From Alphaproteobacteria bacterium (GTDB lineage: Bacteria > Pseudomonadota > Alphaproteobacteria > UBA828): DNA of 64,000 nt. The position numbers were made by a program, and so were the translations under genes. The notes under the pieces were generated by a model that saw only the letters and a list, made by a program, of their open reading frames with translations, ran no database searches and was not told where the DNA came from. Numbering within the stretch: position 1 is the stretch's first letter; every line of letters starts with the position of its first letter. The stretch covers positions 544,001-608,000 of the forward strand of contig CAXXVO010000007.1 in NCBI GenBank assembly GCA_963422645.2. The letters run 5' to 3'. Below are positions 53,539-63,000 of the stretch, in pieces.

Positions 53539-53727
53539 TGAAGGCTTCATAATGCTTCTCCGTTGTGCAGGTGGGCGGGCGTTTCTACCGCATTGATAGA
53601 AAAGGCGGTTTGGATTCCGTTGTTGCCGCCGCGGCGACCTTTACATCGTGCCGGACGTGATTTTCCAGTATCGCACGTTGGAGGTGCGGATCTGCATCGG
53701 GCGTTTTGCCTGACGGTCCGGGCATGG

Positions 53728-55908
53728 TCACCCCCCATCACCGTTGAGCCCGCGCAGCAGCGGCAGTTCGTCCTCGACCGGCAAACGCACATACAGTCCG
53801 CGCGTCTTGCCGCGGGTCACATGGCAGCTGTCCAGCCTGCCCGCCTTGATCCGTTCCCAGACCGTCTGCCGCGTGACACCCAGACGATCCATTGCCACAG
53901 CGAGGGGAACAAACCCCTCCGGAGGCGCCTCACGAAAGCGCTCGCGCAAGGTCGGGGTCATCCGGATCCGAAGAGGAGCACCTTCGATATCGGGCTGGGC
54001 AACCGGAACCAGCCCCTCGCGGATCCAGCGATAGATGGTGTCATCCGAGACTCCGATCTCCTTCGCCACATCGGCAACGCCCATGAGCACCGGCTCGTCC
54101 CCGTCGGGCTGGTAGGGCGCAATGCCATGGCGGCGACGCAGGCTGCCAACAAGCTCGGCCGTGAAATCCAGACCCCGTGCTGTGCGCCGTCCCTGGCGGG
54201 TGAGAACCTTCGCGGTCTCCCGGTCGTTGTAAAAGCATGACAGCTTGCGCACGAGCTCGACCGTGCTGCGCTCATCGCGCCGGGGTGTCGGAGAGCCCGC
54301 GAGCATCGGCAAAGTGATCTCGTCGATCTGCCCGCCACGCCAGCGCAATGTTGCCATGATCTCACGCTCCTGTCGCGCAAGCTCGATCGTCACCTCGTCG
54401 AGGAGGCAGGCGAGCAGGCGCTTGCGCTCGCGCATGGTCGTCGACGACGCCCCCCAGACCTGCGACAGGCGCGCGCCGAGACCCTCGAAAACCGCCGGGG
54501 CAGGGGCCGCGGGCTGACGCGCCCGTGCCGCCTCAAGCGCTTCCTGTGCAGCCTTCTCGGCGCGAAGCGCCTTCTCCCACTCGCGCTCCAGCGTTGCCGC
54601 AATCAGACGGTTGTCGGGATCGACCTGCTTTTAGCGCCGCTCGGCAAGCCGCGCCTCGTACCGGCAGTGCTCAAGATCCAGCTCCCAACGGCGCAACGCG
54701 CGCAGGCCGCGTTCAGCAACATCACAAGCCGCCTGCCGGGCCGCCTCCACCCCCGCCGGCGTGACCGCATCGAGAAACAGACGGGCAACTTCCGCATCAA
54801 CGCGCTTGCCGCCTGTCGACCAACAACCGCCGCGCCGGCGCGCAGCATCGCGCTTGCGGCACTCATACCCCCAGCCCGTCTTGCTGTAGTAGACGGTCAT
54901 CGGCAATCCGCAGCCGCCGCAGACCGCGAGACCCTGGAGCAGAGCCGACCCTTCCCGCGCCGCGCCGCGGGCTCCGTCCGGAGCCATGTGGTTGCGGGCC
55001 AGCTGCTCCTGTACTTCAAGCCATTCTGCCCAACTGACATATCCCTCATGCTTCTCCGGCTGAAGAATATCCCAGCGCTCCTGGACCGGCCGCAGCGGCG
55101 CACCGTGACCAACGCCGCGTTTGAAGCCGTAGGCATAGGCGCCGCCCATCGCCGGGTTGGTGAGGATGCGGTACACCCGTTCATAGCGCGCCGGGCCCCA
55201 TTCCAATGCTGCCCCCGGGTGCCGGCGAGAGGGAACATCCTCGCCCGCCTCACGCAGCAGCATCGTCGCCTGGCGGGCCGAACCGGCTTGCCGAAAACGC
55301 GCAAAGACCGTTGCAATCGCCGCCTGAACCCGGGCATCCGGATCCTTCCGCAAAGTCGAGCCATCCCGCACAAATCCGATCGGAACGCGCGAGTACAACT
55401 CGCCACGAAGCGCCTTGTTCCGCTTTCCGCCCTCCATCCGGGCGCGAATAAGAGACAGCTCAGCGGCGCTCACGGTTCCCTTGATCCCCAGGACAAGGGA
55501 GTCGTCGTCCCGGCTCGGGCAGTAGATGTGGCAGTCCTCAACCAGAACCGTGTCGTGCCTGCGACATAGATCGAGAAGCTGAAACCATTCCATCGTGTTC
55601 CTGGCGAGCCGCGAAACCTCAATCCCGAAGATGCCCCCGACATGGTCCCGGGCGATCAGGTCGCACATCTCCCGAAAGCCGCCACGCTCGCCGCGCGCCT
55701 TCTCGCTTGCGCTCTCGCCAAGATCGGCGTCGATCGTCCGTATCCGCTCGGCCGGCCAGCCAATCTCCCGGGCACGCTCGCCAAGCGCGTATTGGCGCAG
55801 CTGCGATTCCTGGTGCGCGTTCACTTGCAAGGGTGTCGACTGGCGAACGTAGACAACTGCAAGACGCTCAAGATGACGCTGGGTGATCTTCGACGGATCG
55901 ACCGTCAT
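53728..55908 (-). pseudogene. Large serine recombinase with C-terminal HTH; in-frame TAA at 54631
   Basis: AVVYVRQST, DADLGES, EVSRLARN, LLQGLAVCGGCG and ERR*KQVDPDNRL; one frame throughout. Confidence 0.9.
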
Positions 55909-56059
55909 CGGCCGCCTCCCGATCCGCAATCCGAACCATCAGATCGGCCAGACCCTGCACGACGCGATCCCGGTCCGGAGCCGGAAACGCCAGCCACCGG
56001 TCCCGGCGCTCCTCCCACTCCATCAGCGCGATCAGCGCCAACTCCTGCTCCGCATCCAT
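55868..56059 (-). CDS. Small hypothetical protein upstream of the recombinase
   Basis: W.AFPAPDRDRVVQGLADLM; overlaps the recombinase start. Confidence 0.5.
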   Translation of the reverse strand: MDAEQELALIALMEWEERRDRWLAFPAPDRDRVVQGLADLMVRIADREAADDGRSVEDHPASS

Positions 56060-56123
56060 CGCGCCTGAGTTCCCTCTCATCAAGGTCATTCAGAAGATTA
56101 AGGAGGGTGAGGAAATCAGACAA

Positions 56124-57174
56124 ACCGCTTATGCACATGGCTCCGGTTCGATCAACATGCTGTAGGTAAGGGGTTTTGCATTGGTGGCGATGCGGAAGAG
56201 CGAGCGGAAAGCAGCGTGGCGGGTTTTGCGGCGGTTGAAGCGAAAGGCGAACTCATCGAGATAGGCCTGCAGATGCTTGCGGCGCAGCCCGTGGTAGACG
56301 CCTCGCGCCCATCCTTTGAGGTTGGAGAAGACTTGGTGGATCCACGGCAGGACGAGGTGAGCGGCGGTCTTCCCGACGACATGGACATTGTGGCGATCGG
56401 CGGGGACCGCAGCGTAGCCGGACCAGCCGTCGGTTTTCGCGATGGCGTCGGGATCGGCGGCGGTTTCGACGAAGTGTCCGAGGTCGGCGGCGCCGTAGGA
56501 GGAGATTTCGGCCAGCCGCAGGCGGCCCGGGATGGTTCCATCCCCCAGTTCGATGGCGCCGACGATGAGCATCTTGCCGTCGTGGCTGCGTCCTTGCCCT
56601 CCGGTGGGAGGATCGTCTTTGGTCCGGAATGGAAGGCTGGCCTCGTCGATTTCCACCAGGCCCGACAACGGGTTGCGCTCGGGGTCGACCATGCTGGCGC
56701 GCAGCTTGTGGGCGAGCAGCCAAGCGCTGCGGTAAGAGCCGATACCGAGCTGTTTCTGGAGCTGCAGGGCAGAGATGCCGTTGGAGTGGGTCGCCATCAG
56801 GTAGGCGGCCCAGAACCAGACGGTGAGCGGCAGCTTGCTGGCGTGCAGGATCGTCCCGGCCGTCACCGAGGTCTGCCGGCGGCAGCCGGCGCACTCGAAG
56901 GTGTGTGCTTTTCTGCGCAGCGCCCATCCCTTTTCATGGCCGCACGCGGGACAGACGAAGCCGTCCGGCCAGCGCATTTCGATCAGCCAGGCGGCGCAGG
57001 CGTCATCGTCCGGGAACATGTGCTGGAAGGCGAGGAGGCTGTCGGCGACCTGTTTCATGTGGTGGCTCCGTCGGCAGGAACGTATAGGCAACATTCTACC
57101 CGTTCTCCCGCCCTAACCTCAACCTCAACATCTGGTGGCAAACTCTCGCGACCGGAGCCATGTGCATAAGCGGT
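56124..57174 (-). mobile_element. IS1595-family element
   Basis: IR ACCGCTTATGCACATGGCTCCGGT at both ends; 8-bp TSD TCAGACAA. Confidence 0.95.
56129..57058 (-). CDS. IS1595 transposase
   Basis: RWPDGFVCPAC, VEIDE, TDGWSGY and YLDEFAFRFNRR. Confidence 0.95.
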   Translation of the reverse strand: MKQVADSLLAFQHMFPDDDACAAWLIEMRWPDGFVCPACGHEKGWALRRKAHTFECAGCRRQTSVTAGTILHASKLPLTVWFWAAYLMATHSNGISALQLQKQLGIGSYRSAWLLAHKLRASMVDPERNPLSGLVEIDEASLPFRTKDDPPTGGQGRSHDGKMLIVGAIELGDGTIPGRLRLAEISSYGAADLGHFVETAADPDAIAKTDGWSGYAAVPADRHNVHVVGKTAAHLVLPWIHQVFSNLKGWARGVYHGLRRKHLQAYLDEFAFRFNRRKTRHAAFRSLFRIATNAKPLTYSMLIEPEPCA

Positions 57175-57182
57175 TCAGACAA

Positions 57183-57415
57183 CTCTCCGATCAGGCGTGG
57201 TGCATCCTCGGGACGGGCTCCAAGGCTCGTCCATGCCGCTGGTATCCAACAACAGCTGCCGTCCGGCATCCGAACCTTCAGAGTCCGGCCCCCGTAACCT
57301 CCTTTGCGCCGATCGAGAATCTCGATCGCCTCACCGTCGAAAGGATGCTTGTAGCGTCGAATGCGAACGGGCTCAGGAGCCTCGGAAGCCTGCAAGATAG
57401 TAGTCTGTGACGTTC
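57183..57415 (-). pseudogene. DUF5372/Y4bD-like ORF lacking its own start; interrupted by IS1595
   Basis: HPFDG...MPDGSCCWIPAAWTSL; frame continues after IS1595 (ELS|DFLTLL). Confidence 0.6.
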
Positions 57416-57422
57416 GTGGAGA

Positions 57423-57598
57423 CCTTCGTCGAGACGCCCCGCTACACCGGCGCCGTCTACAAGGCATCCGGCTGGATCCGCGTCGGGACCACCCAGGGGC
57501 GCGGGCGCTACGACACGCACATGAAGCGGGCCGAGCCCAGGAAGGACATCTGGCTGCGGCCTCTCCGACGAGACTGGAAGCGGACACTCAATCGGTGA
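57423..57598 (+). pseudogene. DUF4338 gene, part 3 of 3
   Basis: TFVETPRYTGAVYKASGWIRVGTTQGRGR...PLRRDWKRTLNR*. Confidence 0.85.
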
Positions 57599-57633
57599 AA
57601 TCACCATCCATCACCTGAGAACGGAAGCATTAC

Positions 57634-59059
57634 ATAGGGGTAGACATCGAGGTCGAGCTTCGGCGGGCGCTTCTCGAGGCGGCACAGCACCAGGTGCTTG
57701 ACCGCGTCGAAGCCTATGGCGCCCAGGCGCAGGGCATCCTTCACTGCGGCGTGGAGATCCTCCAGCCCGAAGCTCTCCAGCAGCCGCAGGACCTGCACGT
57801 ACTCCCGCCGCCCCGCCTTGAGCGCGCGTGCCTCCATCAGGCGGCGCAGGGTCTGGAAGGCGGGCGGCAGGTCCCATCCGGCGAGCGGCGCTGCCTGGTC
57901 CAGGGCGCCGATCTTCTGCTCGATCAGGGGCAGATAGTGGATCGGCTCGAAGATCATGTCCTCACGCTCATAGGACCGGGGATGGCGGGCGATGACGTCT
58001 CCGCCACAGCCGATCACCACTCGATCGACGTAACCGCGTACCCAGACGTCACGATGGCCATAGGCCACCGGCACCGAGTAGTCGTTGGTCCGATAGCGAA
58101 CCAGAGACTGCGAGCTGACCTGGCCGGGAGCCTGGTCACAGGCCTCGAAGGGCGTAGCCGGCGGCGCGGCCATGGCCGCCACATCCCGCGCCAGGCGCTC
58201 TCCGATGGTCTCGCGGTGTCCGCGCAGGATATCGCCCTGGCGGCTGTGGCATTGCTCCTCGAGCCGCAGGTTGAACTCTTCCCAGCTCGCAAACCGTGGC
58301 AGCGGCACCATGAAGTTGCGCCGGGCGAAGCCCACCAGACCCTCGACCGCGCCCTTGTCGTTCCCCTTGCCCGGACGCCCGTAACGATCATGCACGAGGT
58401 AGTGCGACAGGAACCCGTTGAAGAGCCCCGCCCGCTTGCGCGTCCCGTCCGCCAGGATGCGCGACACCAGGCAGCGGTCGTTGTCGTAGAGAACCCGATC
58501 GGGGAACCCCGCCGAAGAAGGCGAAGGCATGCACATGCCCGTCCATCCACGCCTCGGCCGTCGCCGCAGGGTAGGCCCGCACGTAGCAGGCGTCGCTGTG
58601 CGGAAGATCGAACACGAAGAAGTGCGCCTTGCGCGCGATACCCCCGATCACCGCCCGCGCCTCGCCGAAGTCCGCCTGCCCATGCCCCGGCGGATGGATC
58701 AGCGGCACGAACATCTCTCGCCGCCGGCGCCGATGCTCGCGCACATGATCCTTCACAATCGTGTAGCCGCCGCTGAACCCGTGCTCGGCCCGAAGACGGT
58801 CGAAAATGCGCTTCGCCGTGTGCCGCTGCTTGGGCAGCTGCTCCAGATCGTCCCGCAGCCACCCGTCGATGATCTCGATGAACCCGTCCAGCTTCGGACG
58901 CCGAAGCGGCGCCGTCCGCCGATAGCCCGGCGGCGCCGAAAACTGCAGCATCTTCTTCACGCTCTCGCGTGAAATCCCGAAGTGACGCGCCGCAGCCCGC
59001 TCACTCATCCCGTCCCGGCAGGCGAGACGGACCTTCCGATAAAGTTCCACGGTATGCAT
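57634..59059 (-). pseudogene. istA: IS21-B transposase, interrupted, with +1 frameshift near 58495
   Basis: PGHGQADFG, FFGGVPRS/VLYDN and NDKGAVE. Confidence 0.9.
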
Positions 59060-59168
59060 GCCCCCGCCCTCCCCGTCGCCGGGAAGGGCCTATCTGGCAG
59101 AGTCTTGCTCCGCCCGCAGCGAGACAATCCCGCCGCTACCGTGGACTAATTTCGCACCGCCGTTTCCA

Positions 59169-59738
59169 ACCGTGCACCAGTTCGGCGGCACGTTCCCCTT
59201 GATGTCAATCGGCCGGTCCTTCTTCGTCGGGGTCGAACCGACCAAGAGATGGGGGCCCTTCACTGTCTTCGACCGCAAGAGAGCCAACGAGATCGCGGTG
59301 AAAGCGGTGCAGGACTTCGGGATCAACCGGATCGACGACGGCAACCGGCTAGTCGGCGGGCTTTCGGGCGGTGAGCGTCAGTCGCTCGCCATAGCCCGGG
59401 CGGTGTACTTTGGCGCTCGCGTGTTGATCCTTGACGAGCCCACCGCCGCGCTCGGCGTAAAGCAGGCGGCCCACGCGCTTCGGATTGTCAACGAGGCCAA
59501 GCGCCGGGGACTGCCCGTCATCTTCATCACTCACCAGGTCCTGCACGCGCGCGCTGTCGGCGACCACTTCGCGGTCCTGATCCGCGGTGCTGTCGCCGCC
59601 GACTTCCGAAAGGGCGAAAAGACCCGCGAGGAAATCACCGACCTCATGGCCGGCGGCGAGGACATGTCCGAGTTGGAAGCCGAATTCGCGAGCCTCATGG
59701 AGACGCAGGACGATCGTGGCTCGCCACCGGGCCAGTAA
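59169..59738 (+). pseudogene. Sugar ABC ATPase, 5'-truncated by IS21-B
   Basis: LSGGERQ and ILDEPT present; Walker A missing. Confidence 0.85.
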
Positions 59739-59744
59739 CCGCCG

Positions 59745-60752
59745 TCAGGCGATCTCGGAGACCTGGACCAGGCGCTTCTCGCTTAGCGACTTGTAGGCGG
59801 CCTCGGCCAGGATGAGGGCGCGGCGGCCATCCTCGAAGCTTACCTCGGGCTGCTCTCCCGTCTCGATTGCGTCGACGAAGGCGTCGATTTCGGCCATGAA
59901 GGCCTCGGTGTAGCGCTCGATGAAGAAGAAGAGGTAGGGCTCGGCGCCTTCGATGCTGTCTGCCGAGTAGCGCCGCATCTCGTGGGGCTTGCGGTTGCCG
60001 GATTGCACCATGCCCTTGGTTCCCATCAGCTCGATGCGCTGGTCGTAGCCGTAGACCGCGGTGCGCGAGTTGTTGATGTGGCACTGCGTGCCGCTCGCCG
60101 TGCGCATGACGATCATGGCGGTGTCGATCTCGTCCAGCTCGGCGCCCAGTACCGGGTCGATCAGCGCGCCCGCAACCGCGAAGACCTCGACCGGCTCCTC
60201 GCCCAGCATGTAGCGGGCGAGATCGAAGTCGTGGATGGTCATGTCGCGCAGCAGCCCGCCGGCATCCTCCAGGTAGCCGCGCGGCGGCAGCTCCGGGTCG
60301 CGCGAGGTGATGATGACCTGGTGGAGATCGCCGATCTCGCCGGCGAGAAGGGCGTTGCGCGCCGCCCGGTGGCCCGGGTCGAAGCGGCGGTTGAAGCCGA
60401 TCTGGATCGGCACCGACGAGCCCGCGATCCGGGCCCTGCAGGCCTCGACCCGGGCGAGATCGAGGTGAATGGGCTTCTCGCAAAGCGCGGGCTTCCCAGC
60501 CTCGACCGCCATCTCGATATACTCGACATGAGTCGGCGTCGCGGATGCGATCAGGACCGCGTCGACCTCGGGCGACGCCAGCACCTCCTCGGCGCTCGCT
60601 GAGGCGCGGGCCCCTTCGCGCTCGGCCACGGCCGCTGCCGCCGCCGCGTCGATGTCGTAGACCATCGCCAGCGAGGCGCGCGGGTGGCGCGCGACGTTGG
60701 CCGCATGCATCTGGCCGATGCGCCCGCACCCGAGAACCGCGATCCGAACCAT
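59745..60752 (-). CDS. iolG: myo-inositol 2-dehydrogenase
   Basis: GCGRIG, CEKP, GFNRRFDP, ITSRDP, DMTIHDFD and YGYDQRIE. Confidence 0.9.
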   Translation of the reverse strand: MVRIAVLGCGRIGQMHAANVARHPRASLAMVYDIDAAAAAAVAEREGARASASAEEVLASPEVDAVLIASATPTHVEYIEMAVEAGKPALCEKPIHLDLARVEACRARIAGSSVPIQIGFNRRFDPGHRAARNALLAGEIGDLHQVIITSRDPELPPRGYLEDAGGLLRDMTIHDFDLARYMLGEEPVEVFAVAGALIDPVLGAELDEIDTAMIVMRTASGTQCHINNSRTAVYGYDQRIELMGTKGMVQSGNRKPHEMRRYSADSIEGAEPYLFFFIERYTEAFMAEIDAFVDAIETGEQPEVSFEDGRRALILAEAAYKSLSEKRLVQVSEIA

Positions 60753-60824
60753 GTCATCCTCCTCCTGTATGTCTGCGCTGTTCGGCGCTTGGCGCCGGAA
60801 CGATCCGGCCGCGATGGGGCGGCG

Positions 60825-61958
60825 TCAAGTCTTGACCGGGAGCCAGCGCCCTTCGCGCGAAGACCGCCGGATCGTCTCCAGCAAGATCTGGGAGCGCAGA
60901 CCGTCGCGGAAGTTGAAGGTCTCCGGGCCCTTGCCCGCCATGGCGTCGACGAAGCCCGCCATCTCGATCGCCTTCAGGTCGTTGAAGCCGAGCTGATGGC
61001 CCGCCCCCGGGCAGAAGCGGCCATAGGGCGGATGATCCGGCGCGGCTTCGATGCGGCGGAAGCCACGCCGCCCCGGCGCATCGTCCACCCTGTAGTAGTG
61101 CAGCTCGCTGAACCGTTCCTGGCTGAAGGCCAAAGCGCCCTTGGAGCCGTAAACCTCGAAGTCGTGCTGCATCTTGCGGCCGGTCGACATCCAGTTGCCC
61201 TCGATCGACCCGGTGGCGCCGCTCTCGAACACGACGAAGGCGCGGCCCACATCGTCGACTTCCATCGTGCGCCGGCCGCCCTCCTCGTCGGGACGCTCGG
61301 CGATCGTGGTCACGCAATGCCCCATCACCTCGGCGATCGGCCCGAGTAGATACTCCGCCGTGGCGAGCGCGTGGCTGCCGATATCGGCCAGCGCCCCGCC
61401 GCCCGCCGGCTCGTGGCGGAAGTTGGGCGGCGCCTCGGCATCGGTCATGTAGTCCTCGCAGTGGAGACCGCGGTAGCCGCGGATATCGCCGAGCTCGCCG
61501 GACGCGATCATCTCCTTCGCGAGAGCCATCATCGGGTTGCAGAGATAATTGAACCCGACCTGAGTCTTGATGCCTGCGGCCTCGGCCGCCGCCGTCATCG
61601 CGCGCGCATCCTCGACCGACGTCGCGAGCGGCTTCTCGCAGTGGACGTGCTTGCCCGCGGCGATGGCCGCGAGCGACATCTCACAGTGCAGCGCGTTGGG
61701 CGTGGCGACGTGGATCACGTCGATCGTGGGATCGTCGATCATGGTCCGCCAGTCGGTCGTCCACTGCGCGAAACCCATTGCGTCGGCCGCGGTCGCCGCG
61801 AGTTCCTCCGTGATGTCGGCGACCGTATGCATGACCGGCGCCAGCGGCAGGTCGAGGACCTTCTGCGCCGTGGCATAGCCGAAGACGTGGGCTTTGCCGA
61901 TGTATCCGGTTCCGATGACACCGACCTGGAGTTGGGGTTTTTGTTGTGCGCGGGGCAT
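60825..61958 (-). CDS. Gfo/Idh/MocA family oxidoreductase
   Basis: IGTGYIG, GKHVHCEKP, GALADIGSH and GHQLGFNDLK. Confidence 0.9.
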   Translation of the reverse strand: MPRAQQKPQLQVGVIGTGYIGKAHVFGYATAQKVLDLPLAPVMHTVADITEELAATAADAMGFAQWTTDWRTMIDDPTIDVIHVATPNALHCEMSLAAIAAGKHVHCEKPLATSVEDARAMTAAAEAAGIKTQVGFNYLCNPMMALAKEMIASGELGDIRGYRGLHCEDYMTDAEAPPNFRHEPAGGGALADIGSHALATAEYLLGPIAEVMGHCVTTIAERPDEEGGRRTMEVDDVGRAFVVFESGATGSIEGNWMSTGRKMQHDFEVYGSKGALAFSQERFSELHYYRVDDAPGRRGFRRIEAAPDHPPYGRFCPGAGHQLGFNDLKAIEMAGFVDAMAGKGPETFNFRDGLRSQILLETIRRSSREGRWLPVKT

Positions 61959-62770
61959 CAGTAGATGCTCCCGGACTTGGGCTCGGTCTGGAGGTCTTGG
62001 CCTGTGAGGCTGCGCCATGCGGCGACCGAGGCGCCTGCGGCGGCGGCGAGCAGGCGCGAGTCCGCTGCGACCGTGGTCCAGGCGTAGCCCCACTCGATGG
62101 CGCGGAGCGCATACTCCGGCGTGCCGCAATGGATGCCGGCCTTGATGCCCTTTTCCCGGCAGACGTCGGCGATGCGGCGGATGATGGCGATCATCTCCTC
62201 CTCCTCCCGGTCGAGCGCAGGCGGGAGCCGCCCCTCCTGGGTGCCAAGGGTGAGGTCGGCGGGGCCGACATAGACGCCGTCGAGGCCAGGCGTGGCACAG
62301 ATCGCCTCGAGGTTGCGCACACCGTCGGCGGTCTCGATCATCGCCATCGCCAGCACCTCGGCATTGGCGTCCACGCCGTAGCCCGGCATGGCGACGGCCG
62401 CGCGTGTCGGGCCGAAGCTGCGCTGGCCGAGCGGCGGGTAGCGCATGTAGGAGACCAACGCTTCCGCGTCGTCCCGGGTGTTGACCATGGGGCAGATGAT
62501 ACCCATGGCGCCGGCATCCAGCGCCTTCATGATCACCCCGGGCTCGAGCCAGGGGACGCGCGCCATGGGCACCACGTCAGAGGCGCGCACCGCCTGCAGC
62601 ATGGGCAGGAGCGCGGCGTAGTCCAGCGCGCCGTGCTGGACGTCGACCGTGATCGCATCGTAGCCCTGCGATGCCATGATCTCGGCGGTGAAGGAATTGC
62701 CGATGGAGCACCAGCCGTTGAGCACCGGCGAGCCTGAGGCCCAGATCTCTTTCAGCGCGTTGTGTTGCAT
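61958..62770 (-). CDS. HpcH/HpaI aldolase family protein
   Basis: DVQHG, YPPLGQRSFG, MIET and VGPADL. Confidence 0.9.
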   Translation of the reverse strand: MQHNALKEIWASGSPVLNGWCSIGNSFTAEIMASQGYDAITVDVQHGALDYAALLPMLQAVRASDVVPMARVPWLEPGVIMKALDAGAMGIICPMVNTRDDAEALVSYMRYPPLGQRSFGPTRAAVAMPGYGVDANAEVLAMAMIETADGVRNLEAICATPGLDGVYVGPADLTLGTQEGRLPPALDREEEEMIAIIRRIADVCREKGIKAGIHCGTPEYALRAIEWGYAWTTVAADSRLLAAAAGASVAAWRSLTGQDLQTEPKSGSIY

Positions 62771-63000
62771 GTCGTCTCCCTCGGCGTAGGGGCCGGACCG
62801 ACGCGGCATCGGCGGGCCCGCCCCTCTCCTCGCTGCGCCCGCTTTCCTACCATCGCGCGCGCCGGAAGGCGATCTGCCCCTTCGCGTCTCCTGCGCACCT
62901 CACCGGCGCTCTGCCGACAGCAGTCATTGCAACCGGCGCGCTCTGTCAATATGAGATCGTCAGTCATCGGGGATCACGCTTGCGCGGGGAGGGGACGACG

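Larger units (their letters stand above)
53539..57415 (-). mobile_element. Large serine recombinase integrative element
   Basis: 7-bp direct repeat GTGGAGA at 53532-53538 and 57416-57422; removing the element restores DUF4338 (LVE|TFVETP). Confidence 0.85.
36323..57633 (+). mobile_element. IS66-type transposon (about 3.54 kb net) with transposase and DUF4338 gene, 135-bp terminal IRs
   Basis: GTAATGCT...AGCATTAC ends; IR 36323-36457 vs 57499-57633 with 2 mismatches; TSD ATAGGGGT. Confidence 0.92.
35175..59168 (-). mobile_element. IS21-family element IS21-B, outermost shell; istA split by a 21.3-kb insertion
   Basis: Ends TGTCAACGCCGG (35175) and CCGCCGTTTCCA (59168). The istA halves rejoin across the 8-bp TSD ATAGGGGT. 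Confidence 0.88.

Noticed and set aside
38938-57598. Druantia defence system
   Set aside because: Only a DUF4338 gene is present, with no DruE helicase or other dru genes.
19640-58510. Programmed frameshifts in transposases (near 19660, 23510, 46049, 58495)
   Set aside because: No slippery A-run motifs, and copy 1 of the Mu-like transposase is intact. Decay or long-read indel errors are more likely.
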